Source of the DNA: Rhizodiscina lignyota
Lineage: Eukaryota
Assembly (NCBI GenBank): GCA_010015805.1
Contig: ML978139.1
Span: forward strand, 1-64,000
DNA: 64,000 bases
Direction of reading: 5' to 3'
Shown piece by piece: positions 39,127-51,187 of the stretch. Position numbers and translations under genes: made by a program. The notes under the pieces were generated by a model. It saw only the letters and a list, made by a program, of their open reading frames with translations, made no database searches and was not told the origin of the DNA. The stretch's first letter is position 1. Each line of letters opens with the position of its first letter.

Positions 39127-40994
39127 ATGAAGGCATCGCTTGTTGCCATTGCGGCGAGCACGCTCCTCGGGAGCGCTGCGGCGTCAGTCCACCACCGACA
39201 TGTCGAATTCCATAACAGGAGGAACTTGAACGTTCTCGAGAGGGGCGCGACAAATGCGACATGCGGTTGCTCGGTCAGCACCACCACGATGTACGGAGCA
39301 ATGACCTGTACGTCCCGATAGAAATAGTCAATTGAGCATGATCCGTTCATACAATGACTATCCTCGATTGATATGATACATATACTCATGCTCGCTTTCC
39401 AGTGCACCCTAAGCCTCCACCAGCGCCTACGCCGGTTCTTTCATCATACTCTGCGCCTGGTACTTACACGATCTCGAAGAGCACGATCACTCTCACAGAG
39501 ACGACCACGGTTGCTTCCGCATCGACAGCAACCCTAACGCCAGGAGAGTGCACGTATGGTGGTACCACCACTTCCGTATCGGCTCCGACGACTGTTACCG
39601 TGCCAATTGGAACTGTATCAGGCTCTTCACCAGCAACCACCAGCATCGTAAAGACATCTACCCACTACTGCTCTGAAGCAGGTACCTGCATAATTGGTGC
39701 AACGAGCGCGAGCGTCAGCGTTAGCACTGTCACCGTGTATCCAGTTCCCGCGACATATCCTCCTGGCACGTACACTATTCCTGAGTCCACCATTACGGTC
39801 ACGGAGACGAACACCGTCTATGTGTGCCCCTTCTCAAGCGTCAAGCCAACTACCAGCTCCACCCCGGCTCCCAGCACCTCTGAAGCCCCGAGCACCTCTG
39901 CAGCCCCGAGCACCTATGAGGCTCCAAGCACCTCTAAAGCTCCAGTGACCACCTCTCCGGCCCCAGCTCCTGAGACGTCTTCTGCTGCGCCTGTCAAGCC
40001 CCAGGCATACAGCTCGCCAGCTGCGCCAAAGGCTCCAGAATCTTCTCCTGCGTCTCCGGTCAAGGAGTCGCCGAAGCCGAAGCCTGAGACACCGACACCC
40101 TCGCCAAAGCCCGCATCGACGTCAAAGCCCGCATCGACGCCAAAGGCATCCAAGCCATCAGGCTATGGTGGCAAGGGCGGCAGCGCTAGTATCGGTGCGA
40201 ATGGCAACAAGTGGGCCATGTCGTACACGCCGTACACCACTACCGGAGCGTGCAAGACGGCCGACGAGGTCAACTCTGATATTGCCCAGATCGCCAGCAT
40301 AGGCTTCAGCTCCGTCCGCTTGTATGCTACTGACTGCTCTGGTCTCCCGAACGTCGGTGGTGCTTGCAAGAACCATGGCTTGAAGCTCATCGCAGGTATC
40401 TTCATCGACGAGAGCGGAATTAGCAAGGCTTCCGAGCAGGTGAGCGACATCACCAGCTGGGGCAACCAGGGCAACTGGGACACAATTGAGATGATTGTCA
40501 TCGGTAACGAGGCCATCTTCAACAACTACTGCACCGCTGAGGAGCTTGCTGGCTTCATCACTTCAACCAAGGAGACCCTCAAGTCTGCTGGCTATACCGG
40601 ACCTTGCACTACGACCGAGCCGCTCGGCACGCTTATGGCGAACAAGGGCGCCATCTGCGGTGTTGTCGACGTTGTTGCAGCCAACATCCAGCCCTTCTTT
40701 AACGCGGCTGTGTCCGCTTCTGACGCCGGCAGCTTTGTCGCCAGCCAGCTCGAGCTTACTGGAGAGCAATGCCCCGGCAAGACGGCATACAACCTCGAGT
40801 GCGGATGGCCGAGCAACGGTAGCCCGAACGGCGAGGCCGTGCCCGGCCCAGAGCAGCAGAAGGAGGCCATTGGCGGAGTCCTGGGCAGCAGCGCGGCAAG
40901 CCATACCGTCATCTTCAGCTTTGAGAACGACGCATGGAAGGGCTCCGGAGACTATGGTGTTGAGCCATACTTTGGCTGCGCTGACATTTTGTAA
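39127..40994 (+). CDS. Secreted GH17 cell-wall glucanase/transglycosylase (BtgE/Scw11-like) with a Ser/Thr/Pro-rich stalk, 2 exons
   Basis: Signal peptide MKASLVAIAASTLLGSAAA and intron ~39308-39402. C-terminal GH17 domain (SYTPY, VRLYATDC, IGNEA, ANIQPFF, LECGWPS). Confidence 0.9.
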
Positions 40995-41846
40995 GGTGAT
41001 AAGATAATGGGCGCGTAGAGAAGAGAGGCGATTTGTGGGGAGGAAGAAATAAGCTGCATATGTGGAGTTGAAGATCGAATTGCACAAACAGAAGTAACGT
41101 GTAGTGTGTACTGTTTAGTGGTAGTGAGTGGTACCAGAACGGCAACATTTCATTTGCGAATCAAGCCAAATGTGAGTAACGATGGTGTGCATCGGTCGGT
41201 GTGCGTGGAGTCGTGGCTTCGATCAATTCTGTCTGGATCGTGGTAGGCTGTTAAGCATTCGTTCCATTGTAACGCTGTCAATGTGGATGCAGGCTGACGA
41301 GCACATAGTATTTGTACTTAGTGTTTAATCATTTGTTCCGTGCACTAATCTATGTTTCCAACCGGCCATTGCCATATTGCAGAAGTTCTGACAGGAGACG
41401 ACATGATTAACAATGACACCTCTGATCTCGCCTCGGCACACCTTACCTCGTCAACCAGAAAATGGACTCATCGAGGCAACTGAATCGATGCTCCAAAGCT
41501 CACGGTTGCACTTACCGTAACAGCGTGGATTTCCCTCATCAGTTTCAATTTGTCGAGTCGGGCGCAAGGGGTGCGCTTCTTTGTTCTCTCCACACTAGTG
41601 CGCTACCAACCATCTCGAGACTGGCGAACCCGGAGAATGGAGCCTGCATTCATACCAATCTTGTTACTCTTTTGACTATCTATAAGATGGATGTCCTCTG
41701 CTTCGCCTTCGTCTGTACTGTCTCTGGTAGCACTTTTCTCATTCCTCACATCGCTTACGCCCCATTTCCGAAGTTGATGTCCATTAGTCCATCACATATT
41801 GGCACCTGTTAAGGTTTTCTTATTTTAGCTACGCCTTCTCTTCAAA

Positions 41847-42572
41847 ATGTGCTGTTTTCATGGACCAGGCTCATCAGTAGAACGTGGCCAACCCCAGTCG
41901 AGGCTGATGATGCTGCCAGCAGAGCTCCGGTCCACGATCTACGAACTCGTCTTTGAACCTGTCGACATGACGGTGCACAGCTTCACCGCTGAGACAGCAT
42001 CTTCTAGAATGGCCTTCCTTGCGACATGCAAACAAGTCTACTACGACGCTAGAAGAGTCGCTTATGCGAACGGTACCTTCGTGCTCGATGGAAACGACGA
42101 GAAGTCGCAGCACAAGCTGTACAATCTCACGCACTGGCAACTCGGAGCTGTCAAGTCGGTCCTCATTCAGGTCGATCATCTGTGTGGGAGGGATTCACCG
42201 GATGCCAATCTCATCGGAAAGCACTTCTTCCCGCCAGGGCTCAACCTCGAGCAGGTCACCATCAAGCCGAAGACCGACGACCTGCGCATGTATATGCGCG
42301 GCCAGGCCGGCAAGATGAAGAAAAGTATCGAAGCTCATGCGGCTCACATGTGCCATCTCCCGGACTCGACGAAGCGCCTCGTATTCTTGGATCTCTGGCC
42401 TTCGGTGAGGTTGGGGGACGGTGAAGAATTTCAGGATGTCCTGCGTACGCTTCTCTGCACCCCAGAGTGGGAGAACCATCGCAATATCGGATGGAGCACT
42501 GCGCCTTCCGATGTAGCATTCCGCAAGACGCCTACTGTTCATGGGAAAAGAGCTTCTGTGCTGTGTGTTTGA
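41847..42572 (+). CDS. Fungal hypothetical protein with an F-box-like N-terminal motif
   Basis: QSRLMMLPAELRSTIYELVF...FLATCKQVYYDA...Y..GTF matches the common fungal F-box-like 'LPxExRxxIY / LxTCKQxY' signature. Confidence 0.7.
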   Translation: MCCFHGPGSSVERGQPQSRLMMLPAELRSTIYELVFEPVDMTVHSFTAETASSRMAFLATCKQVYYDARRVAYANGTFVLDGNDEKSQHKLYNLTHWQLGAVKSVLIQVDHLCGRDSPDANLIGKHFFPPGLNLEQVTIKPKTDDLRMYMRGQAGKMKKSIEAHAAHMCHLPDSTKRLVFLDLWPSVRLGDGEEFQDVLRTLLCTPEWENHRNIGWSTAPSDVAFRKTPTVHGKRASVLCV

Positions 42573-42872
42573 AGGTGATAGATCAATGCCATGGGCTTCT
42601 TGCTCTACTCATGGAGAGCCTGATATCGATTTGATCCCGCTCTGCCAGTCGTGTTTTGAGCAGTGAAGCCTAGCATCGGCTTTCTCGTTCTCACAGCAAC
42701 AATGGCACTCCTCACCGCCGTAGTTCTGCCGAAAGCTGGTGCCTTCGTGTACTTCAGCTCTACTTCTTCACACAGAAATTCTCCTTGTGCCACAACCAAC
42801 ACTCCCAACTTCGACCACAGCCACCGTCGAACGTCACGTATTCAAAATACATTCAGTAATCAGGCTGTCACG

Positions 42873-43760
42873 ATGGCTCCAAGCGCACTCGAAAATTCAA
42901 CAGAGGCTACAATTGACACTGGCGGCGAGCTGCTCACACAGACTTCTGTTGTTCTCGAACACTTCGATCAGGCATCATCCAATGAGGCTTCACCTCTACT
43001 CCCTCCGCACGTCTTACAAGACGATCACACACACGGTAAAGGTGATTCTGTGGGACACAAACGCAAGCGCTCACCCAGCATCAGCAATGAGCTTCCGACG
43101 CCTAAGATTCAGAAGATAACCTTCAATCATACCTTCAATGTCAAGCTGAGCGGCAAATTCAATGGTCATGCTGTGAGGAAAACTCGAGAAGAATCACTTC
43201 AAGATGCGAAAACCGCAGTGAAAGACGGCGCCGACTCGCCGTTCCATGGACACCTCATTATGTTCGCCGATGCTGGCCAATCCCGCGTTGCAGGGTCGAC
43301 AATGGGAGGGCTTGGAATAACGTATCGAAGCCTCGACACGTGGGTAGACAGGCTCTTTTGCGCCAGTGGGGTCAACAATTCCTCGTCGTTTGAGATGCTT
43401 GCAGTTGGGTGTGCGTTGCAGATATGCGCGGGACTAGCCGAAGAGGAGGTCGGTCGATTTTCCATCGTGACGATATTCACAGACAGCGAAGCCGCTGTAA
43501 GTGCGCTCAGGAATGGAGGTGGCGGCAGCCAGCCAGCATCCATCGTAGCGCGTGAGCGTATGCTCGCAGAGGCGACGAAGGTCAACGACTTGGGCATCAA
43601 GATACATCTGCACTGGGTAAAAGGGCATGCACGCGACGAGGGCAATGCACGTGCTGACAGGCTGGTAAGGGCAGCAACCAGAGGCGCGTTGCTCAGATAC
43701 GCCCCCTCTCCAATTGCGCGCACTGCGGACGAGATCGACATCACGCCATTCCAGGGCTGA
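42873..43760 (+). CDS. Stand-alone ribonuclease H-like protein (non-LTR retroelement-type RNase H domain)
   Basis: MFADAG...GGLGI...FEMLAV...TIFTDSEAA...IHLHWVKGHARDEGNARADRLVR, with an N-terminal HKRKRSP basic cluster. Confidence 0.85.
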   Translation: MAPSALENSTEATIDTGGELLTQTSVVLEHFDQASSNEASPLLPPHVLQDDHTHGKGDSVGHKRKRSPSISNELPTPKIQKITFNHTFNVKLSGKFNGHAVRKTREESLQDAKTAVKDGADSPFHGHLIMFADAGQSRVAGSTMGGLGITYRSLDTWVDRLFCASGVNNSSSFEMLAVGCALQICAGLAEEEVGRFSIVTIFTDSEAAVSALRNGGGGSQPASIVARERMLAEATKVNDLGIKIHLHWVKGHARDEGNARADRLVRAATRGALLRYAPSPIARTADEIDITPFQG

Positions 43761-44008
43761 GTTCCACCTCCAGTTCACTTGGAGTCTGCAACAGTCTGAT
43801 TAGAATGTAGGGCGATGCTGATTGAACGGAGATGCTCATAGTACGAAGAGATCATATTATCCGGTATAAAGTTCTTTCAAGTGGGGCTCCACGGTTGAAC
43901 TAACTCCCACTTCCAGTTCACCTGTAGTTCTGCACCAGTCAAATTACTACGTTCCGCTCCTTCGAACGAGTGCTAGCCATAAGGGGGCGAACTTCTGCCC
44001 TTTTCCAG

Positions 44009-44666
44009 CTATCTTGCAGGAGCTGGTCTAGTGACGGGGGTATTCTCTGCTCGTGCTGTAACGCCTTGTTCGGGATCAACCTTTGAGGCACCTGGAGGAG
44101 GTTGGTAGACAGGCGGCATATCCGGGTCGTACACTAGAAAAGGATTGACGTTAGTCATTCTGTTCAATTCACTGCATCAGGTGGGGACACGGCGCTGCTC
44201 ACCTGGAGGAGGCTCTGGGTACTGCTGTAGACCATACTGAGGATTGTACGGTGGGGTGTAACGTGGCCGATATCCTGGCAATTGCGATTTGGGGACAAGC
44301 CAACGGTGGTATGCTAGTGGCTCTACGCTTTTAATCAGCTCGAAATGCTAAGCGAATGCGGGAAACAGTGAGAGTCGCATACTGAGGCCTTTTTGAATCC
44401 GCCTCTTCGCGTGGTAATATCCTATGACGAACCATGAAATGGCTATCAAGAATCTGTGCCAACTCTTGGGTTAGCAAATGCCCATGGCCTTCCAAGACTG
44501 AAAAGGACACTCACAGCGAGCCGATGATAATCCACTTGACAACATACGCCGTTTCGCTGAACCACCAGTCGTTGTTGTCCCTCGCCTCCTGATTCTCAAG
44601 CTCTGGACTCCCACTCGTAGCAATCTGCCTCTTCCTCAACATCGCCGCCTCCATCATCTCTGCCAT
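44009..44666 (-). CDS. RCR-family (chitin synthesis regulation / Congo red resistance) single-pass protein with PY motifs, 4 exons
   Basis: WWFSETAYVVKWIIIGSL|FLIAISWFVIGYYHAKRRIQKGL|KPLAYHRWLVP...YPEPPP|VYDPDMPPVYQPPPGASKVDP. Confidence 0.8.
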
Positions 44667-45928
44667 TCTCCGTGTATCCAGTCCCATTTTTTGACACAAT
44701 GACGCTCGTGGAGTGATCCAAACCTTCGCTGAAGGCGACCGATAGCGTGCTGCAAGTGCTCCCTCTTCCAAATGGTCAGGCGGCTCCGGGCACGCGGTGA
44801 GATTCGTGATGAAAGAAGAGGTAGGCGCGAAGAGGCGGAGTGTCATAGGTAGCTTCCTCTCAGACAAGCAAAGATTAGGAACAGGAAAGGCCGCTCGCTA
44901 CATTAGTGAGATGTTTGCAACTTGCCGGAGCCAGTCGCAGTCACGAGGCTGTAACAAGTGTTGGATTCTCATATCTGACGAGTTGGATGAAAGTGGCTTC
45001 GTCCGCGCGTGTATGAGCCACACGGGATGGGGAACATTCACGAGAGGGCAATCAGATGAGTGGTCCATTCTTTGAATCGTAGGCGCGGAGATACTACATG
45101 ATGCAGACCGAGTGTGGTGTCTGGGACGTTGCGAGTCTCAGGTTCCATCAAACCATGAACGGGCAAGGTTGCAAATAATATTATGCGTGATATGATCCGT
45201 CACATCGGTCTTGAGAGATACTGGATACCTGTGAAAAGTATTGATTTGAAGTAGAATTAAAACTGTGTGGGTATTGAGCAGTTGGTGAGGGATGAAGGTG
45301 TCCCTGGGTGGGGATCGGCGAAATGAGAAAAATTGCGATCGAATGGAGTTTGCCACACCAAGGTTCTTTTCAGCTGCAGATGCCGGTAATGAGGAGAAAT
45401 TAAGGGCCATAATGTTTAGGGGCATATCATAGTTGCCGAAGGAAGCGAACTACCGAGTATGGGCTGTGCAAATGGTCGGAATTCGATATTATCCGCAACA
45501 GCATTCACATCACGAGCAAGAGCACATATGTAAACAGCTTTCATAATCATGTTTTATTTTCTCTAGTCACTCACTGTGCACCTCCGCCTCCTCAACCCCT
45601 CTCATCGATCGTACATACATTTACACGTTCCCTCAAATAGACTCCCCAGCTAAACAAATGTGGAGGAGTCTCAAGGCGAGAATGCCTTTTGATGAAAGCC
45701 TTAACCGGAACCGTGCCGCCGATCTTTGGAAACCGGAGTCGCTATGTAGTTTGATGAGGGACCGCCCAAGCCAACTCCCGTTGAGACCCGCTAACCCAAA
45801 TGAAACAAGCAAAGAGAATCTTAAGATCTATGATCATAGTGAACAAAAGCAGACAAATGGACGTGTTCGCTCTGAGGAAAGGTCCCGGAACAGGAAGCAC
45901 ATGTTATGAAGGGAAGCCCTTTCCAGCC

Positions 45929-48900
45929 CTAGTGTAGTAGATTCCTCAAACTTGGACTTGCACTCGCTCCTCCCACAGGTCTCCCATCACCCGGTGGCGG
46001 AGGGGCACCAGGCGGCGGAGCATCTCTTGGGGTTGCAGGACGTCCTCCAAGGGATGTCGATGGTGGCGGACTACCGTGCCCTCCGACCATACCTTGAAGA
46101 TGCTGGGGAGGTCCCGAGAAAGGACTATTTGTTTGGCGTGCCGAGCCCGGGAGCTGTGGATGAGTGGGTGAATGCATTGGAGGCGGGACATGGCCGTGGA
46201 GATGTGGGCTTCCCGAAGGCAGACCATTCGGCATACCGCTAACAAGTGCAGGTTGCTGCAGCTGCAAGGGCGGTGGAGCATGCGAATGATGCGGTGGATA
46301 TGGTGGCCGAGTTGCAGGCGGAATTACAGCAGGGTTCGTGAGGAACAATGGCGGCGCGGGTCCTGGAGGGCCTTGTTGGTGCTGCGGTGGTAGAGTGCTG
46401 TGATGAAAGACATTGTGAGGTGCAGGTGGCGAGACGTGTGGAGCTGCCTGCGGGGGTTGCGCCGGCCCAGATGTGAAGGGAGGCTGGATACCTAGCCAGG
46501 TGTGGAGAGGGGCGCGGGGGAATTCAGAGCCACCACCACCATGCCATGGATTGTGAGATGGGGGTGGTGGACGTGTTGGCGATCGCGTGAGAGAGGAACG
46601 TTCCCGCTCGTTGCTGTTAGGTTTGACGGGATCCTCAATTCCCTTCTTTTTCTTCCAGTGGCACTTTTGACAGAGATAGCGCTCATGAGTGGAGTTGGCT
46701 CGGTCATCAACCCCATTGGTCATCCTTGTATCCGGATGGTGCAGCGCATTGAATGATGGGCTTTCGTGCTTGATGCCATTGACCGTCGGCATGCCGTCGA
46801 TTGGCGGTGCATGGCGCACGGGCTCCATTGGAGGAACCCGGTCTCGCTCTTTGACGAGGAACCATCTCGGTGATACATCGATGCCACACTTCTCACACTT
46901 GCGATCGCTCGCTGCAATAGAGGATGGAGATTGAGCGACTTCTCTTGTCTCGTTCGTACCTGATATGCCTGCATTAGAGTTCCTGCCTCCTCGGCTGCTT
47001 GCTCCGGTTGTAGTTGAAGCGCGCCGATTGACTGGCTGTACTGCGCCATTCGTGACAATATTCTTTGCCGATTCATCGAGAAGAGTTGCCTTGCGGGTGG
47101 TTCCAGTAAGCGTGAGATCAGCCTGCTTAAAATTGATGACATAACGTTGCAAGGCGAACGTCCCCTGGTCGTCAACGATTTCGTTCGAGAAGTGTACAAT
47201 TGTCTTTGGGGTGTGTTCTTTGCACCAAATTGCCGCAGTAGCAATGCCCGTTTCGTTGCCGAATGTGACAATGTTCGCGCCGTCGCGCCTTGAACCTTTG
47301 ACAGGGCTAATGTCGAATCCGAAGGTATAGGCGGCATCATGAGCGCATCCGACATGGAATGTGGCATGGCACTGATGGCAACCGACACAGGCGCCGCCGG
47401 CGCTGCTCTTGCAGAGCTTGCACACCTGTTCCCACCGGGCCTTTGGTATTTGAGAGATGCCTTCTACCAGGTCTAGGCTTTTCGCATCTCCAAACTTCGT
47501 CTCAGGCGTCCAGACTGCGCACGTGATATGTACCCAGTTGTTCATGGATGTTCGTTTCAATGCTTCCCGGGGTTCTGGTGGGCGACCTTTGAGAAGTTGC
47601 TGCTGCTTATAGTCCTTTTCCAGTTGATCGCAGAGTTCCTTTTCAAGTCTTTCCTTTTCTTTCTCTCTGTCGCCCTTCTTCTTGTGCGAGATCTTCGGAG
47701 GCTCGACAAGCGCCCAGTAACGATGCTCGACTGGACACAGAACGCATTTGTAGTCCTACAGGAATAAGTCAGTGAGATACAATGCATGCGGCAGAATTAC
47801 TTACATATGAAACTCGCTCCTTCCGGTCATTCGTGCAAGTGTCGCAAATCCACTTTGTGCGCTGCGCATCTGTGATTCCATAACAGTTCCGATGCACAGT
47901 CAGCCTGCAGCTTTGGCAAGAGATCATCTGCGGATCAGCAGGATCGGTGTATTGTTCGCACACAGCGCACGGCAGATCTCTGAATTTTGGTTGTGCAGGC
48001 TCGATAGGCGGAGGCGGGGGAGTTGGCAGCTTCGGCGGTGGTGCAACCTTCTGCTTCTCTTTCGCCTGAGCTGCAGCCGCAGCTTCCTTGTCCACAACCT
48101 TCTGCTTCTTTTTGGCTGGCTCTTGGGTGGCAGAGGGAGTAGAGTATCCAGTATCAGCAGTCTCGTTGGCGCTCATTGTCGCAGCCTCTTGCGCGTTCTT
48201 GAACTCTTGAAGGACCTCCTCGTCAATGCGGCGGCGCATCTGCTTGGTACCGCCTTGAGCAACCTTCTTAGCGACGTCTTCCCAGTCTTCCCATTTGATG
48301 GCATATCTGCGCCAGAAAGATGCGCACCGGTCGCATAATGCCACAACCAAAGCGTTGGCTTTGTCTTTGCCAGCTGGCTTGCCGTCGGCGGAAACGGTGG
48401 TACCTGGCGCGACTCCAGGTGCTCTTCTCCATTGCCGCGACCTCTTCGTAGAGCAAAATTTGCAGCAGAAGCCGCGCTTCTTCGTAGACGCTTTCTCGAC
48501 ATCGAAGGCAGAATCGTCGCGATCGTCCGCAATGTCGTCTAAAAGTTTCGAAGAATTCTCTGGATCCGCTCTCCTTGCTGCTCCTCTCCTACCTCCGTAG
48601 TGACCCCAGATCTCGCGGCCCTTGGGAGTCTTTTTCCAATAATACCAGTAGCGCACGATATCGCGATGCTGAACCGATCTGCAGTGCAGTCGTATGTTAC
48701 GCAGTTCGGACCCATATTTCGCGACACCCTCGTCGAAGCGCTTTCTCTCCTCGCTATTCAACATTTTCGTGGGATCTCGAAGATCCTTCTTGGGGTCGAG
48801 TTTCTTGATCTGACGTAGAGCAGCATCTTCATCGTAGTTGTTATCCTGGAACGCGCGAAGCGCAGCATCGAGGAAGTCGACAAAGCAGTCTTTGATGTCT

Positions 48901-51187
48901 GCCGACCTTGCCCAGGCCTTTGCGCGATCCATGTACCTGTCTACGAGAGACACATAATCTGCTGGCTGTGCTGCTTGATCATCCTCCCCTCTTGATGAAT
49001 GCTCTCCAAACGTAGGCATCTTGAACAATAGTTTAGCGGTATTCTCTTTGTCCGTGTTCGGGTGATCATCGCCGCGTCTAACGTAGCCAGGCGGCTCATC
49101 TTGCACCCACTTAGGTCGCTTCGCACGCTCAGCTCTATCTGCCTCAAGCGCAGCTGCGGTGTCCTTTGCAAATTTTCCGTCTTTCTTGTGCGTGGTATTT
49201 TTGGCATATCTCTTTTTAATCTCTGCCGGCTTGACCAATTCGACAGGTCGTCCATGCCAGACATTGACGTTTGCCTGATGGCGTGGACCTAATCGTGAAC
49301 TTGCTCGAGGATAGATGGCTCGGTCGTCGTACTGCAACGCATCCTCGGGTCGACAATGAATTCCAAGGTATCGCATGGGCCACATCTTGGCAAGCGCAAT
49401 TTCGGCTTGCGTTCCCGGGTGGAGATCGACCTGGCCATCATCGCCGCTCGGACTCGGAGCTGTGGTATTGACGGCTGCACCCGTGTCATCATCCTCCTCT
49501 TCCTGAAACTCTTCGTCCTCTGGCTCGGTAGCGCCATCTCCAACTAAAGGCGTATGGCGGGCTTCTAATTTTCGTTCTTGTGCCCTTGAGCAAGGTGCGC
49601 AAGACCAACCAAAGCCGCGCGAAGGTTTCTTCGCAAGAGGAGGTCGAACGCACTGCATGTGGTACATATTCTTGCAGATCGCACATTCTACAGATTCATC
49701 CCTGGAAGAATTATTAGTCTCGGCCAAAGAGCGCAGCTATTGAATACTTACGGAGGAGCAAAGGCTTTGCACCGAACGCAGTTCTTTCCAGGTGTCGTGA
49801 GCTCCTTGATCTTGTTTTGCTCGACCACTATGTATTTCCAGCGCTCATCAAGAGCTTTCTTGACCTTCTCTGGGACGTTGATCACATCGGAAGTTGGGAT
49901 TGCGCGATAATATCGATGAATGAATCTGTCAAAAACTTCCTCGAACCAGAAGCTGTCCTTTTGCTTGCGATACTCATCCAGGTCTGGGATTTCGCTCCGA
50001 TGTCGGATCTGAATCTTGCCTCGCAGAGACGTGAGGGGACACATATCGGAATGCATGGTCGCATAAAGGAGTCGCGTGTCTTGACTGCTGCGCATCACAT
50101 CTCGTGGGCGATAAAACCAGTTGATTCGCATCGTCTCCACGGGCGAGTTGGGGTTTTCGGAATCTTGCAACCGAAATTCCATAATTCGGCCAAGGTAATA
50201 TGGCTCGCCCGGCGGTTCACAGACCAGATAGACGAAGTCTGCAACATGTTAGAAATTGTACTTCCGACGCATTTGATGAGATCTGTAGCACTCTGACCGG
50301 GGGTGGGTCAGGCAACCAGGAGACTTACCATCAACAGCAAAAGTAGTGCCATCGTCAGATTCGAGCTTCCCGTTCTTTAGGCACTGCTTAGTGCGCTCGA
50401 AGAAATACATGTTTGAGTCTCTCGCTAGCTGAAAGTGCGCGTTGGTGTTTGCGGCCTTGCGGCTGGGTGCACCACTTCCGCCATTGCCGGCAACGTGGCC
50501 ATTCGGCGTATTCGAAGAGGCTGCAGCTTTGCGCTTCTTCGATGTCGGCCCTGATGTCCCCGCATTCGGATTCGCAGAGAAGGAAGACGTGCCTGGAATG
50601 TTCACCTCCTTTGCCTGCGGCGTGATTGCGCCGTTGGACGGTGCAGCGCCTCGTTTTGCGGTGGGTCCTGGAGACTGGCGAGCGCTGGTGCTAGGTGACG
50701 ATGTGTAGTTTCGTTCAGGCGCCACATGGTCTTTGTTGGCCGCCTCTACAGGCGGATGGTGATATTCGAAATCCATCTCGACATCTTCCGCATAATTCGG
50801 ACGCTGGCTTGCCGGTCTATTCCGCGAACGTGTTCCATAAGGTGCTGCACCGCCTGCTTGCCCATCTTTCTGCGATGTATGGGAAGAGGAGGAATTGGAA
50901 GTCGTCATAGGCGGCGCAGACAGTTCATCCCGTGTACCATTTGGAGCGGACACTGGAGCTCCAAACGAATCTTCAGTCATTTCTATGTCTGTTTGACGCG
51001 ACGGCGATGGATTTCGTGTTTCAGATGCCTTGCTCTGAATTTCTGGGGTGGACATGGCGCCCGCAGTCGCGGCGGCAGGCGAGGCGCGCCGAGATGTCGG
51101 GGCAGCATGCTGAGAGCCTTCTACAGGTTCTTTTGGGCTCAGAGTGCTTTCCATTGTGTGTTCCCCATCATCTTTCACCCCGCTCAT
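45929..51187 (-). CDS. SNT2: SNT2 chromatin protein (BAH, PHD, ELM2/SANT, PHD, extended PHD), 4 exons
   Basis: BAH (VYLVCEPPGEPYYLGRIMEF...LYATMHSDMCPLTSLRGK), PHD (CAIC..YHMQC..WSCAPC), RLGPRHQA, SANT (FDEGVAKYGSEL), further PHDs and the C-terminus GASASPSLRNLLH. GTAAGT introns lie near 50327-50240, 49750-49702 and 47803-47756. Confidence 0.93.

Noticed and set aside
39870..40150. PSTSEA and KPAST repeats in the GH17 stalk
   Set aside because: Ordinary low-complexity O-glycosylated linker repeats, not an array or mobile element.
43199..43744. Long antisense ORFs (e.g. 43199-43744, 13064-13660, 28457-29014, 29362-29910, 18960-19538)
   Set aside because: These are shadows of real genes on the opposite strand and carry no independent motifs.
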